DNA from: an uncultured Actinomycetes bacterium
Lineage (GTDB): Bacteria > Actinomycetota > Acidimicrobiia > IMCC26256 > DASPTH01
Direction: 5' to 3'
Length of the DNA stretch: 64,000 nucleotides
Assembly: GCA_963784595.1 (NCBI GenBank)
Contig: CAWARX010000005.1
Coordinates: forward strand, 451,353 to 515,352
The notes beneath the pieces are model-generated. The model was not told the DNA's origin, made no database searches, and saw only the letters and a list, made by a program, of their open reading frames with translations. This document shows, one piece after another, positions 42,577-53,957 of this stretch. The translations under genes and the position numbers were made by a program. The first letter of the stretch is position 1. The number at the start of each line of letters is the position of its first letter.

Positions 42577-43540
42577 GTGTCTGCAGGTCTGAACGCACCG
42601 GTGCCCGACGGCGGCCCCGGACCCCTGATCCAGGGGACGCAAGTCACCAAACGCTTCGGTGGCTTCGTCGCGGTCGACGGCATCGACTTTCGCGTCGAGC
42701 CGGGCGAGGCGTTCGGTTTCCTCGGTCCCAACGGCGCGGGGAAGACGTCGACGATGCGCATGATCGGGTGCGTGTCGCAGCCGACCAGCGGCGAGCTGCG
42801 GATCCTCGGCATGGACCCCGCGGTCGACGGCCCGCGCATCCGCGCGTCTCGGGGTCGTCCCGCAGGACGACAGCCTCGACTCCGAGCTGACCGTGCTCGA
42901 CAACCTCACCATCTACGGCCGCTACTTCGATCTCCCGCACGCGGAGATCCGCCGTCGGGTGGAGGAGCTGCTCGAGTTCATGCAGCTCGGCGACCGGCGC
43001 GACGACCTCGTCGACCCGCTGTCGGGCGGGATGAAGCGGCGACTGACAATCGGCCGCGCCCTCATCAACCAGCCCGACCTCCTGCTCCTCGACGAGCCGA
43101 CGACCGGGCTCGACCCCCAAGCCCGCCACCTGCTCTGGGACCGCTTCTACCGGTTGAAGCGCGACGGCGTGACCATGGTGCTCACCACGCACTACATGGA
43201 GGAGGCCGAGCAGCTGTGCGACCGGCTGGTGATCATGGACGGCGGCCGCATCGTCACCGAGGGCTCGCCCCGCGAGCTGGTGGCGCGCTACGCCACCCGT
43301 GACGTCGTCGAGTTGCGCTTCACGACGCCGGAGGAGCGCGACGCCGCGCTCCCGCGCCTGTCGCAGTTCGGCGAACGGGTCGAGGCCCTCACCGACCGGG
43401 TGCTCGTGTACACCCAGGACGGCGACAAGGTCGTCGACATCGTCGGTGAAGACGGCCTGCATCCCGAGTCGGTCTACGCGCGGCGCGGGACGTTGGAGGA
43501 CGTGTTCCTGATCCTCACCGGCCGCACGTTGGAGGAGTGA
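42577..43540 (+). pseudogene. ABC transporter ATP-binding protein (ABC-2/DrrA/NodI-like); one frame disruption
   Basis: ORF 42577..43302 gives the N-terminus (FGFLGPNGAGKTSTMRMI, Walker A). ORF 42893..43540 gives the rest (RLGVVPQDD in the same frame upstream, LSGGMKRRLTIGRAL, LLLLDEPTTGLD). The switch is at ~42843. Confidence 0.85.
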
Positions 43541-43541
43541 C

Positions 43542-44318
43542 GTGACCACGCCTCCGATGCTGCGGGTGGTGGAGAAGGAGTGGTTGGCCTGGCGCCGGCT
43601 CTGGAAGGCTTCGGTGTTCCAGGCGACGGTGGCGCCGTTGCTGTTCCTCGCCGCGATGGGCCTCGGCCTCGGCGACCTGGTCGACAAGGGCTCCGGCGGC
43701 GTCGAGGGCGTGAGCTACCTGGTGTTCATCACGCCCGGGCTCATGGCCGCGACCGCGATGATGCAGGCGGCGGGGGAGTCGCTCTGGCCGGTGCTCGGGG
43801 GCGTCAAGTGGATGCGCACCTACCACGCGGCCGTCGCAACGCCGGTCACCGCCGGCGCGCTGTTCGGCGGGCACGTGGCGTGGACCTGCCTGCGGGTCCT
43901 GCTCTCGTCGACGGTGTTCCTGATCGTGGGCGCGATCCTCGGCGGGGTGCCGTCGGCATGGGGGGTGCTGGCGATCCCCGCCGCGGTGCTCGGGGCATCG
44001 GTGTTCGCGGCCGCGCTGAACGCGTACGCGGTCACCCAGGAGAGCGACATCCCGTTCGCGGTGATCATGCGCATCGGCCTGTTCCCGCTCTTCCTCTTCT
44101 CGGGCACGTTCTTCCCGATCAGCCGTCTCCCCGGCTGGCTCCAACCGCTCTCGTGGCTGTCGCCGCTGTGGCACGCCGTGGAGTTGTGCCGGGCGGCCAC
44201 CACCGGTTCGGCGCCATCGGCCGGCACCGTGCTCGGGCACGTGACCTTCCTCGTCGTGTGCCTCGCCGCCGGCTGCTGGTGGGGAGTGCGACGCTTCACC
44301 CGGGTGTTGACGTCGTGA
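43542..44318 (+). CDS. ABC-2 type transporter permease
   Basis: ORF 43542..44318 (258 aa), starting 2 nt after the ATPase stop. It has six hydrophobic segments, and the N-terminus EKEWLAWRRLWKASVFQATVAPLLFLAAMGLGLG is typical of ABC-2 permeases. Confidence 0.8.
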   Translation: MTTPPMLRVVEKEWLAWRRLWKASVFQATVAPLLFLAAMGLGLGDLVDKGSGGVEGVSYLVFITPGLMAATAMMQAAGESLWPVLGGVKWMRTYHAAVATPVTAGALFGGHVAWTCLRVLLSSTVFLIVGAILGGVPSAWGVLAIPAAVLGASVFAAALNAYAVTQESDIPFAVIMRIGLFPLFLFSGTFFPISRLPGWLQPLSWLSPLWHAVELCRAATTGSAPSAGTVLGHVTFLVVCLAAGCWWGVRRFTRVLTS

Positions 44319-45135
44319 TCGCCGCCATCGCCGTCCGCGACGCCGGACGCCGCCGCATCGGGCGCGGGCGCGGCGGCGCGGCGCGTGGCGGGTCGTCGAG
44401 CGCAACACGCTGGCGTACCGGCGCATGTGGCTGGCGTTCGTGACCGGGCTGTTCGAGCCGTTGCTGTACCTGCTGTCGATCGGGATCGGCGTCGGCGGGC
44501 TGGTCGGGAAGATCCCCGGCCCCGGCGGTCGCCCGATCCCGTACGACGAGTTCGTGGCGCCCGGGCTCATGGCTGCGGCGGCGATGAACGGCGCGGTGCT
44601 CGACACCACGTTCAACTTCTTCTTCAAGTTCAAGTACGCGCACACCTACGACGCCATGCTCGCCACGCCGCTCGAGGTGGGCGACGTGGCGCGGGGCGAG
44701 GTCACCTGGGCGCTGATCCGCGGCGGCGTGTACTCGGGGGCGTTCCTCGTGACGATGGTGCTGCTCGGGCTGGTCGGGTCGTGGTGGGCGGTGCTGGCGA
44801 TCCCGGCCGCCCTGTTGATCGCGTACGGGTTCGCGGGTGCCGGGATCGCGGCGACGACCTTCATGCGCTCGTGGACCGACTTCGACTTCGTGAACCTGGC
44901 GCTGATCCCGATGTTCCTCTTCGCGGCGACGTTCTTCCCGCTGTCGCAGTACCCCGAGGCGCTGCAGGTCGTCGTGCGCCTCACCCCGCTCTACCAGGGC
45001 GTCGCCATCGAGCGCGCCCTCGCCACCGGGCAGCTCCAGTGGTCGATGCTCCTCAACGTCGCGTACCTGGCCGTGATGGGCACCGTCGGCCTCCGCGTGG
45101 CCACCACCCGCCTCCGCCGCCTCCTCCAACCCTGA
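44315..45135 (+). pseudogene. second ABC-2 type transporter permease; one frame disruption near the 5' end
   Basis: GTG 44315 (GTGA overlap with the previous stop) opens VIAAIAVRDAGRRRIGRGRGGAA. After ~44380 (missing base) the sensible frame is that of ORF 44425..45135 (WRVVERNTLAYRRMWLAFVTGLFEPLLYLLSIGIGVG...). Confidence 0.75.
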
Positions 45136-45151
45136 CCGATCCCCCCTGCTA

Positions 45152-45202
45152 CGAACCGGCGTCAAAGTCCGACGATTATTCGCCTACTTTGACGCCAGTT
45201 CG
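45152..45202. repeat. palindromic element, copy 2 (15-bp outer arms, 19-nt non-palindromic centre)
   Basis: CGAACCGGCGTCAAAGTCCGACGATTATTCGCCTACTTTGACGCCAGTTCG. It shares the outer arms with copy 1 and differs from copy 3 at 1 position over about 50 nt. The right arm encodes the last 7 codons and the stop of the DUF559 gene. Confidence 0.85.
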
Positions 45203-46128
45203 GAGGTGCGGCGGGTGAGGGCGCGGCGAAGGGCGGCCGCGAGGTCGTCGCCTCCCCGCCTGAGGTCGTCCTGGGTGGCGGTGATCGGCGCCCAGCCGAG
45301 GGCCACCATCGCGTTCCGGCGGGCGCTGTCGCGGACCAGAGCGATCTTGCCCGTGTGCTCCTGGTAACTGTCGTACTCGATCGCGATCTTGCGTGCCGGG
45401 TACGCGAAGTCCGGACGCGCGACGAACGTACCCGTGTCGTCGAAGATCTCGAACTGGCGTACCGGAGCCTCGAAGCCGTGCCGTTCGAGCATGCGGAGGA
45501 GCAGTCGCTCGCGTTCGCTCTCGGTCGGACGCTCGGCTTCCGAGCGATCGGCGACGAGCTGCCGGAAGCTCTGGGATCCGCGCCGACCCCGGCGTGCGAG
45601 GCGGTCCCTGGTCGTGCGCAGCTCCGCGACATCGGTGAGCTCGCGCCGCAGCGCGTTGTCGATCGCGAGGTCGACGGTGAGGGACCGGCGGACGGCGGCG
45701 AGGTCGAAGAGCGTGCGCGCCACCGTCGTGACCGGGATGCCGTCGACGGTGGTGATGTCGAGCTCGCTCAGCGCTCGGCTCTCGTGGACGACGAGCCCGT
45801 CGTGCTGGGCGCGCCGCCACCGGGGACACGTGATCTCGACGACCGCCTGGGTGCGGCCGGGCAGCTCCCAGAGCTCGGCCGCTGACCGGTGGGAAGCGAC
45901 CGCTCTCGTACCGCCGGCCCAGCATGCCGCCATGACGTCGCCGCGCCACGTGCGGGGCGCGCCCGCGATCCGGTACACGCGTTCGTGGACGGCCGACCAG
46001 CGCCCGATCAGGAGGCGGTAGCGCCGTTCGTGCTCGGCGACCCCGAGCGCACGCAGGTGCGCCGCGCCGAACACGCCGTGGTGGTCCGCGGCGACGGCCG
46101 CGACGAGGGAATCGAGGTGGTCGTGCAT
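45184..46128 (-). CDS. AbiEi-like N-terminal wHTH plus C-terminal DUF559 (Vsr/PD-(D/E)xK endonuclease-like) domain protein
   Basis: ORF 45184..46185, with the likely start at ATG 46128. MHDHLDSLVAAVAADHHGVFGAAHLRALGV...RLLIGRWSAVHERVYRI is at the N-terminus. The C-terminus ERERLLLRMLERHGFEAPVRQFEIFDDTGTFVARPDFAYPARKIAIEYDSYQEH...RDSARRNAMVALGWAPITAT matches the DUF559 pattern. Confidence 0.7.
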   Translation of the reverse strand: MHDHLDSLVAAVAADHHGVFGAAHLRALGVAEHERRYRLLIGRWSAVHERVYRIAGAPRTWRGDVMAACWAGGTRAVASHRSAAELWELPGRTQAVVEITCPRWRRAQHDGLVVHESRALSELDITTVDGIPVTTVARTLFDLAAVRRSLTVDLAIDNALRRELTDVAELRTTRDRLARRGRRGSQSFRQLVADRSEAERPTESERERLLLRMLERHGFEAPVRQFEIFDDTGTFVARPDFAYPARKIAIEYDSYQEHTGKIALVRDSARRNAMVALGWAPITATQDDLRRGGDDLAAALRRALTRRTSELASK

Positions 46129-46172
46129 CGCGCCAGACAAGCCGCGAGGTGTGACACTCACCGCCCAAACCC

Positions 46173-46223
46173 CAACCGGCGTCAAAGTCCGACGATTATT
46201 CGCCTACTTTGACGCCGGTTCGG
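46173..46223. repeat. palindromic element, copy 3
   Basis: CAACCGGCGTCAAAGTCCGACGATTATTCGCCTACTTTGACGCCGGTTCG. It lies between the leuD stop (46237) and the DUF559 start, and is followed by a G-rich tract (GGTGGGGGAGGGGG). Confidence 0.85.
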
Positions 46224-46236
46224 GTGGGGGAGGGGG

Positions 46237-46833
46237 TCAGGCGGGGGCGCGGGGGGTCCAGGTGGGGCGCGTGGCCTCGAAGGTGTCGATCTCGCTCTCG
46301 TGGCGCAGGGTGATGCCGATGTCGTCGAGGCCCTCGAGCAGGCGGTGGCGATGGAAGTCGGCGAGCTCGAACGGCTCGTCGAGGTCGATGGCCGGCACCG
46401 CCACCCGGCGGTCAACCACGTCGATGACGATCTCGACGGTCGGGTCGTCCTCGATCGTCCGCATGATGCGGGTCACGACGTCGGCCGGGAGCTCGACCGG
46501 CAGCAGCCCGATCTTCAGGCAGTTGTTGCGGAAGATGTCGGCGAAGCGGGCGGAGATGACGGCGCGGAAGCCGTAGTCCTCGAGCGCCCACGGCGCGTGC
46601 TCGCGCGACGAGCCGGTACCGAAGTTCGGCCCCGCCACCAGGATCTGCGCCCCGTCGAACTGCTCCTGGTTGAGCACGAAGTCGGAGCTCTCGCGCCACT
46701 CCGAGAAGAGGCCCTCTCCGAAGCCCGTGCGCTCGACCCGCTTCAGCCAGTCGCTCGGGATGATCTGGTCGGTGTCGACGTCACTGCGGTCGAGCGGGAT
46801 CCCGCGCGCGACGATCTCGCGTACTGCCTGCAT
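46237..46833 (-). CDS. leuD: 3-isopropylmalate dehydratase small subunit
   Basis: ORF 46237..46833 (198 aa). DTDQIIPSDWLKRVERTGFGEGLF...ILVAGPNFGTGSSREHAPWAL...FADIFRNNCLKIGLLPV. Confidence 0.95.
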   Translation of the reverse strand: MQAVREIVARGIPLDRSDVDTDQIIPSDWLKRVERTGFGEGLFSEWRESSDFVLNQEQFDGAQILVAGPNFGTGSSREHAPWALEDYGFRAVISARFADIFRNNCLKIGLLPVELPADVVTRIMRTIEDDPTVEIVIDVVDRRVAVPAIDLDEPFELADFHRHRLLEGLDDIGITLRHESEIDTFEATRPTWTPRAPA

Positions 46834-46855
46834 CGGGTACCTCAGTCGGTTCGGT

Positions 46856-48256
46856 TCACGGGAGGTCGTCGGGGGTGGCGAAGTGGCCGGCGATGGCGGT
46901 GGCGACGGCCACCTCGGGCGAGACGAGGTGGGTGCGCCCGCCCTTGCCCTGGCGGCCCTCGAAGTTGCGGTTCGAGGTGGACGCGCACCGCTCGCCCGCC
47001 GCGAGCTTGTCGGGGTTCATGGCCAGGCACATCGAGCAGCCGGCCTCGCGCCAGTCGAACCCGGCGGCGATGAACACGTCGTGCAGGCCCTCGGCCTCGG
47101 CGGCGGCCTTCACGCTCATCGACCCGGGTACCACGAGCGTGCGCACTCCGTCGCGCACCTTGTGGCCCCGCGCCACCGCGGCGGCGGCGCGCAGGTCCTC
47201 GATGCGCGAGTTCGTGCAGGACCCGATGAACACGGTGTCGACGGGGATGTCGCGGATCGGCGTGCCCGCCTTCAGCCCCATGTACGCGAGGGCGCGCTTC
47301 GCGCCGTCGCGCGCGTCGGCGTCGGTGAAGGAGTCGGGGCTGGGCACGACGTCGTCGATGAACACCGACTGCGCCGGGTTGGTGCCCCAGGTGACCGACG
47401 GCGCCAACGTGGCGGCGTCGATCACGACCTCCTGGTCGAACGTCGCGTCGGCGTCGGTGACGAGCGAGCGCCAGTCGTCGAGCGCGCGCTCCCACGCCGC
47501 GCCCGTCGGCGCGAACTGCCGGCCCTCGAGGTAGGCGAAGGTCGTGTCGTCGGGGGCGATGAGGCCGGCCCGCGCGCCCGCCTCGATCGACATGTTGCAG
47601 ACGGTCATGCGCCCTTCCATCGAGAGCGCCCGGATGGCGGAGCCGCGGTACTCGATGACGGAGCCGATACCGCCACCCGTACCGATGCGGTCGATGATGG
47701 CGAGCACGACGTCCTTGGCGGTGACGCCCACCGGGAGGTCGCCGTCGACGGTGACCGCCATGGTGCCGGGGCGGGCCTGGGGCAGGGTCTGGGTGGCGAG
47801 CACGTGCTCGACCTCGCTGGTGCCGATGCCGAACGCCAACGCCCCGAACGCGCCGTGGGTCGACGTGTGGCTGTCGCCGCACACGATGGTGAGCCCGGGC
47901 TGGGTCAGGCCCTGCTCGGGGCCGATCACGTGGACGATGCCCTGGCCCGGGGCGCCCATGGGGTAGAGGCGGATGCCGAACTCGGCGCAGTTCGCCGCCA
48001 GCACCTGCATCTGCTTGGCGGAGATCGGGTCGGCGACGGGCTGGTCGATGTCGGCCGTCGGCACGTTGTGGTCCATCGTGGCGACGGTGAGATCGGGGCG
48101 GCGCACCGTGCGCCCGGCGAGGCGGATGCCGTCGAACGCCTGGGGCGACGTCACCTCGTGGATCAGGTGGAGGTCGATGTAGAGGAGGTCGGGCTCGTCG
48201 TCGCCTCGATGGACGATGTGGCGCTCCCAGATCTTTTCGCTCAGGGTCCGGGCCAT
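46856..48256 (-). CDS. leuC: 3-isopropylmalate dehydratase large subunit
   Basis: The lower 466 codons of ORF 46856..48973 from ATG 48256. [13 protein letters not shown]...[13 protein letters not shown]...[24 protein letters not shown]...[11 protein letters not shown]...NRNFEGRQG. The upstream ORF extension is antisense to the MFS gene. Confidence 0.95.
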   Translation of the reverse strand: MARTLSEKIWERHIVHRGDDEPDLLYIDLHLIHEVTSPQAFDGIRLAGRTVRRPDLTVATMDHNVPTADIDQPVADPISAKQMQVLAANCAEFGIRLYPMGAPGQGIVHVIGPEQGLTQPGLTIVCGDSHTSTHGAFGALAFGIGTSEVEHVLATQTLPQARPGTMAVTVDGDLPVGVTAKDVVLAIIDRIGTGGGIGSVIEYRGSAIRALSMEGRMTVCNMSIEAGARAGLIAPDDTTFAYLEGRQFAPTGAAWERALDDWRSLVTDADATFDQEVVIDAATLAPSVTWGTNPAQSVFIDDVVPSPDSFTDADARDGAKRALAYMGLKAGTPIRDIPVDTVFIGSCTNSRIEDLRAAAAVARGHKVRDGVRTLVVPGSMSVKAAAEAEGLHDVFIAAGFDWREAGCSMCLAMNPDKLAAGERCASTSNRNFEGRQGKGGRTHLVSPEVAVATAIAGHFATPDDLP

Positions 48257-48292
48257 CGCCTGATTCTGCCAGGCGCGTGCTTCACTGCTCGC

Positions 48293-49745
48293 ATGAGTTC
48301 GCCCGGGCTGCGCACCGGCACCGCGGCCGGCCGTTGGGTCATCGCCGCCGCCGTGCTCGGCTCGGGGGTCTCGTTCCTCGACGGCACGGTCGTGAACGCG
48401 GCGCTGCCGGCCATCTCCCGGGACCTCCACGCCAACCTCGGCGACCTCCAGTGGGTGCTCACCGGCTACCTGCTGACCCTCGGCTCGCTGCTCGTGCTCG
48501 GCGGGTCGCTGGGCGACCGGTACGGGCGGCGCCGGATCTTCGTGGTCGGCCTGGGTGCCTTCGCGGCGACGTCGCTGGTGTGCGCGGTCGCGCCCGACAC
48601 CGGGTCCCTGATCGCGGCCCGCTGCGTCCAGGGCATGGCCGCGGCGCTGGTGGTCCCCAACAGCCTCGCGATCGTGTCGGCGTCGTTCCATCCCGACGAC
48701 CGGGGCCGCGCCATCGGCGCGTGGTCGGGCCTCGGGGGCGTCGCCACCGCGGTCGGCCCCTTCCTCGGCGGATGGCTCATCGACTCGGTGTCGTGGCGGT
48801 TGGTGTTCGTGATCAACCTGCCGATCGCGGCGAGCTCGATGTGGATCGCGAACCGCCACGTGCCCGAGTCGCGCGACGAGCACGCGGGCGCGCACCTCGA
48901 CGTGTTGGGCACCGTCACGCTCACCCTGGGCCTCGCGGGTGTCGTCTACGCGCTCATCGAAGGTCCGGGCCACGGGTGGCAGCCCCGCGCGCTCGGCCTC
49001 GGCGCGCTCGGTGTGATGTTGCTCTCAGTGTTCCTCGTGCTCGAGGGCGCGCCGGGCGAATCCCATGGTCCCGCTCTCGATCTTCCGGTCTCACCAGTTC
49101 TCGGGGGCGAACGCGGTGACGTTCGCGGTCTACGCCGCGCTAGGCGCGGTCACGTTCCTCCTCGTCGTGTACCTGCAGACCGACCTCGGGTACTCCGCGC
49201 TCGAGGCGGGCGCGTCGCTGCTCCCGATCACCGCGTGCATGCTGGTGTTCTCCGCACGTGCTGGCGCGCTCGCGCAGCGCATCGGGCCCCGCATCCCCAT
49301 GACGGTCGGCCCGCTGGTCGTCTCGGTGGGCATGGTGTTGCTGGGCCGGGTCGACCCGGGCGGCACGTACTGGGCCACCGTGTTCCCCGCGCTGCTGGTG
49401 CTCGGCCTCGGGCTCTCGCTGACCGTGGCCCCGCTCACCGCGACCGTGCTCGGCGCGGTCGACGACTCGCACGCGGGCATCGCGTCCGCGATCGACAATT
49501 CGGTCGCCCGCATCGCGGGTCTGCTCGCGGTCGCGGTCCTCCCCGCGGCCGCCGGGCTCACGGCCGCGCAGGGCTTGGACCTGGTCGACGGCTTCTCGCG
49601 GGCCATGGACATCGCCGCCGCGCTGGCCGCGGTGGGCGGCGTCCTGGCGTTCCTGACCATCCGGCGCGGGGCCATGGTCGAGTCGGTCCCGCGCGGCAAC
49701 CCGGCGATCCCCTGCTACGACGCCGGGGTCCGCGTGGCAGGATGA
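48293..49745 (+). pseudogene. MFS transporter, DHA2/EmrB-like (14-TMS drug:H+ antiporter type); one frame disruption
   Basis: ATG 48293 in the frame of ORF 46670..50248 ([17 protein letters not shown]...[19 protein letters not shown]...[11 protein letters not shown]). The second half is ORF 49065..49745 (MVPLSIFRSHQFSGANAVTF...). The switch is at ~49047. Confidence 0.85.
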
Positions 49746-50248
49746 GCGGGATGCAACCCGGTGAGCTCCTCGACGTCGTCATCGAGATCCCGCGGGGGAG
49801 CCGCAACAAGTACGAGTACGACCACGACAAGCACGTGATCCGGCTCGACCGGCGGCTCTTCTCCGCCACGGTCTATCCCGCGGACTACGGCTTCGTGCCC
49901 GACACCCTCGCCCTCGACGGCGACCCGCTCGACGTGCTCGTGCTCCTCGAGGACCCGACCTTCCCGGGCTGCTGGGTCGAGGTGCGCGCGGTCGGCGTGT
50001 TCTGGATGGAGGACGAGAAGGGCCCCGACGCCAAGATCCTCTGCGTGCCCTCGCACGACCCGACCTACGACGTGGTGCACGACCTCACCGACCTGCCGAA
50101 GCGGCTGCTCGACGAGATCGAGCACTTCTTCGACGTCTACAAGATGCTCGAGCCCGAGAAGAACACGGTGACGCGCGGCTACGAAGGTCGCGACGCCGCG
50201 TACCGCGAGATCGAGGGGTCGAGGTTGCGGTTCCAGAGCTCGGCGTAG
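49742..50248 (+). CDS. ppa: inorganic pyrophosphatase (family I)
   Basis: ATG 49742 (ATGA overlap with the MFS stop; alternative ATG 49751). [15 protein letters not shown]...[25 protein letters not shown]...KILCVP...YKMLE. Confidence 0.9.
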   Translation: MSGMQPGELLDVVIEIPRGSRNKYEYDHDKHVIRLDRRLFSATVYPADYGFVPDTLALDGDPLDVLVLLEDPTFPGCWVEVRAVGVFWMEDEKGPDAKILCVPSHDPTYDVVHDLTDLPKRLLDEIEHFFDVYKMLEPEKNTVTRGYEGRDAAYREIEGSRLRFQSSA

Positions 50249-53200
50249 CTCCCACCGCGCGCGAGGAGCTCCTCGTGCGAACCGGACTCCATGATTCGGC
50301 CGTCGTCGACGACCACGATCCGGTCGGCGCCGCGCCGCGGTCTGCAGGCGGTGCGCGATCAGCAGGGTGGTGCGGTCCCGCGCGATCAGGCCCATGGCGC
50401 GTTGCACCTTCGCCTCGGTGCTGAGGTCGAGGTTGGCGGTGGCCTCGTCGAGCAGCAGGATCACGGGGTCGACGAGCAGGGCGCGGGCCAGGCAGATGAG
50501 CTGGCGCTGGCCGGCCGACAGCGAGCGGCCCCGTTCGGTGACCGGGTGCAGGTACCCGCCGCGGAGCCCGGCCACGAACTCGTGGGCACCGACGGCCCGC
50601 GCCGCCCGCTCGACCTCCGCATCGGGTGCGTGGGGGCGGCCGTACGCGATGTTGTCGCGGATGGTGCCGGAGAAGAGGAAGGGCTCCTGGGGCACGTAGC
50701 CGAGGCGGCGGCGGTAGGCGCGCAGGTCGAGGTCGCCCACTGGGATCCCGTCCACGAGCACCCGGCCGGCGTCGGCGTCGTAGAAGCGCGCCACCAGCTT
50801 CACCAGGGTCGACTTCCCCGCGCCGGTCTCGCCGACGAGCGCCACCGTCTCGCCCGGCGCGATCTCCAGGTCGATCCCGTGCAGGGCCTCGCGCCCGGTC
50901 CCGGGATACGAGAACCGGACGTCGTCGAAGCGGATCCCGCCCCGGAGGTGCCCGGGCGCGACCGGGGCGGGCGCATCGGGGGTCGCGACGGGTGTCTGCA
51001 TGAGCTCGTTGATCTTCGTCATCGACGCGACGGCCTGCTGCCACTGGTCGAACACCTGCGACAGCTGCTGGATGGGGGCGAAGAACTGGTCGAGGTAGAG
51101 CAGGAACGCGATCACGGTGCCGGTGGCGATGGCGCCGTCGTGGACGAGCACGCTGCCGAGACCGAGCACGACGGCGTCGCCGCACGTGGCCAGGAACAGG
51201 ATGAAGGGGAAGTAGAGGGCCTGGAGCCACTGCGTCCGGATCCGCGCGTCGAGGTAGCGCCCGGCGGTGGTCTGGAACGAGTCGATGTTGTGGTCTTCGC
51301 GCACGTAGGCCTGCGTCTCACGGACGCCCGAGAGGCTCTCCTGGAACTCGGCGTTGACCGTCGAGATCGTCTCGCGGGCGTGGGCGTAGGCCTGGGCCGA
51401 CCGGCGGCCGAACCACACCGTCGCGAGCAGGAGCGGCGGCACCAGCACGAGGACGCCGAGGGTGAGGGGCCCGCTCAGCAGGCTCAGCACCGCCAGCACA
51501 CCGACGAAGCTCAGGATGTTGACGAGGGCGGTGATGAGCCCGGTCTGCAGGAGCTGCGCGAACGCGTCGACGTCGGTGGTCATGCGGGTCATGATCCGGC
51601 CCGACATCTCGCGGTCGTAGTAGTCGAGCGCCAGCCGTTGCAGGTGGGCGAAGATCCGGATGCGCAGCGCGAACAGCAGGCGCTCGGCGGTGCGGCCCGT
51701 GTAGCGCGTGTAGGCCCAGGTGACGAACCAGTCGACCAACGTCGCACCGAGGAACAGGGCCGAGGCGGTCCAGAGCGCGCTCTCGGCGTGCTTCTGGACG
51801 CCCTGGTTCAGGCCCTGCTGGACGAGGTAGGGCCCGGCCAGGGTGAGCAGCGTGTCGACCACGACGAGGCCGAAGCCGATGAGCAGCGGGCGGCGGTAGG
51901 GGCGGAGGAACTCGCGCAGGCGGAAGTGCTCGCTGGCCGCCGCCTCGGCCTGCACGTCGACTTCGGGCTCGTCGTCGGCCGCGGGGAGGGCGGCGACCGC
52001 GGCGAGCAGCTCGGGGGTGGGCTCCAGGGCGAGGCCGGCCCCCATGCCGCGACCGCCGCCGCTGCCGCCCATGCCGCTGCGCGCCACCGTGGGGCCGGCG
52101 GGGGCGACGAACGCCCGCGCCGCCCCGGCGTCGTCGCTGCGGTCCCACAACGCCGGCGTGGACGCCGCCACCTCCTGCTCGTCTTGCCCGTCTTGCCCGT
52201 CTTGCCCGTCGAGGGCGGCCTCGCCGGTCTCGCCGGGGCCCGCGAGGAGCTCGCGGTAGCGCGCCGAGCGCGCCAGCAGCTCCTCGTGGGTGCCGCTCTC
52301 GGCGGCGCGCCCGTCGTGCACGAGCACGATGCGGTCGGCGAGGCGCAGGGTCGAGCGCCGGTGCGCGATGAGCACGGTGGTGCGCCCGGCCATGATCTCG
52401 CGCAACGTGGCGTGGATCTGCTCCTCGGTGCGGGTGTCGACCGACGACGTGGCGTCGTCGAGCACGAGCACGCGCGGGTCGGTGAGCACGGCGCGGGCGA
52501 TCGAGATGCGCTGGCGCTGGCCACCCGACAACGTGAGCCCGCGCTCGCCGACCACGGTGTCGTAGCCGAGCGGGAGCGCCTCGATGAACTCGTGGGCGCC
52601 CGCGATGCGCGGCGGCGCGCTCGACGTCGGCGTCGGCGGCGTCGGGCTTCCCGTACGCGATGTTGGCGCGGACCGTGTCGGAGAAGAGGAACGCGTCCTC
52701 GAACACGATGCCGATCTCGTCACGCACCGACTGGAGCGTGCCGTCGCGCACGTCGGTGCCGTCGATGCGGATGCTGCCCTCCTGCACGTCGTAGAAGCGG
52801 GGGAGGAGCAGGCTCACCGTCGACTTCCCCGAGCCCGACGCGCCCACGAGGGCGACGGTCTCGCCGGGGGCCACGTGGAGCGAGAAGTCACGCAGCACCG
52901 GCTCGGAGCGCAGGTACCCGTAGGTGACGTGGTCGAAGTCGATCCGGGCGGTGGCGGCGGCCAGCGGGGTGGCGTCGGGCTTCTCGGTGACGAGCGGGTT
53001 GGAGTCGAGCAGCTCGAAGATCCGTTCGGTGCCGGCGCGCGCCTGCTGGGCGACCGCGACCATCCCCGCGAACATGCGGACCGGCGCGAGGAGCTGCACC
53101 AGGTAGGTGGAGAACGCCAGGAACGTCCCGATGCTGATCTCCCCCTGGATCGCCAGCCAGCCGCCGAGCGCGAGCACGCCCACCTGGCCGAGCGCGGGAA

Positions 53201-53957
53201 TCGCCTGCAGCGCCGACGCGTAACGCGCCTGGAGCCGTACCGTCCGCACCCGCGAGCGGTACAGGCCCTCGGCGGCGTCGGTGAGGCCGGCCAGCTCGCG
53301 GTCCTCCTGGCCGAAGCCCTTCACGACCCGCACGCCGCTGACCGCCTCGTCGACGACGCCCGCGACCTCACCGGCGCGCTGGAGCGAGTCCCATTGCGCG
53401 GGGAACATCGTCTGGCGCAGCCGCAGCGACACGAAGAGCAGCGCGGGCACGGTCAGCAGCACGATCACCGTCAGCAGCGGTGAGAGCACGAGCATCACGA
53501 CGAGGGAGAGGAACAGCAGGACGACGTTGCCCGTCGCCAGCGGGAGGAAGCTCAGCAGCGCCTGTACGAGGGCGAGGTCGGAGCTCGCCCGCGAGACGAT
53601 CTGGCCGGTCGGGAGCTGGTCGTGGCGGGCGAAGTCGAGACGTTGGAGGCGCTCGAAGATGGCGGTACGCATGTCGTGCTGCACGTCGAACGCGAAGCGA
53701 CCGCCCACGAACCGCCGCACGTAGGAGAGCCAGAAGTTCACTGCGCCCAGCCCGACCAGCAGGACGAGCAGCGGCCAGAGCGCCTGGTTCTGGGTGTCGA
53801 TCACGTTGTCGACGACGGCCCGCTCGATCAGCGGGATCAGCACGGTGACGAGCGTGGTCCCGAGCGACACGCCGAACGCGATGAACACCTTGCGCCGGTG
53901 GCGGGCCAGGAACGGCCACAGGCGGCGGATCCACCCGCGGGACGCGGGCTCGATCAC
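50179..53957 (-). pseudogene. fused (TMD-NBD)x2 ABC exporter, ~1259 aa; two frame disruptions
   Basis: GTG 53957. ORF 51318..53957 gives half 1 (6 TMS, then GASGSGKSTV). After ~52610 the frame of ORF 49715..52723 continues with RIAGAHEFIEALP...LSGGQRQRISIARA...LVLDDATSSVD. No stop follows, and a Gly/acidic linker comes next (DGQDGQDGQ from the 9-bp x3 repeat at 52181-52210; MGGSGGGRGMGAG...TPELLAAVAALPAADDEPEVD). Half 2 then follows (6 TMS, GETGAGKSTL, LSAGQRQL, LLLDEATANLD). The last 45 codons ([32 protein letters not shown]...) need a switch at ~50330. Confidence 0.8.

Noticed and set aside
46670-50248. A 1192-aa plus-strand ORF that looks like a giant protein.
   Set aside because: It is a chimera of antisense leuD/leuC (nonsense-like sequence), the first half of the MFS gene, out-of-frame MFS sequence, and ppa. 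These happen to share a frame with no stop.
50179-50248. The convergent gene overlaps (ABC exporter/ppa 70 nt; hydantoinase B/AcpH-like 38 nt) as deliberate antisense regulation.
   Set aside because: Both involve genes already carrying indel-type disruptions near their 3' ends. The overlaps may be created by uncorrected frame errors.
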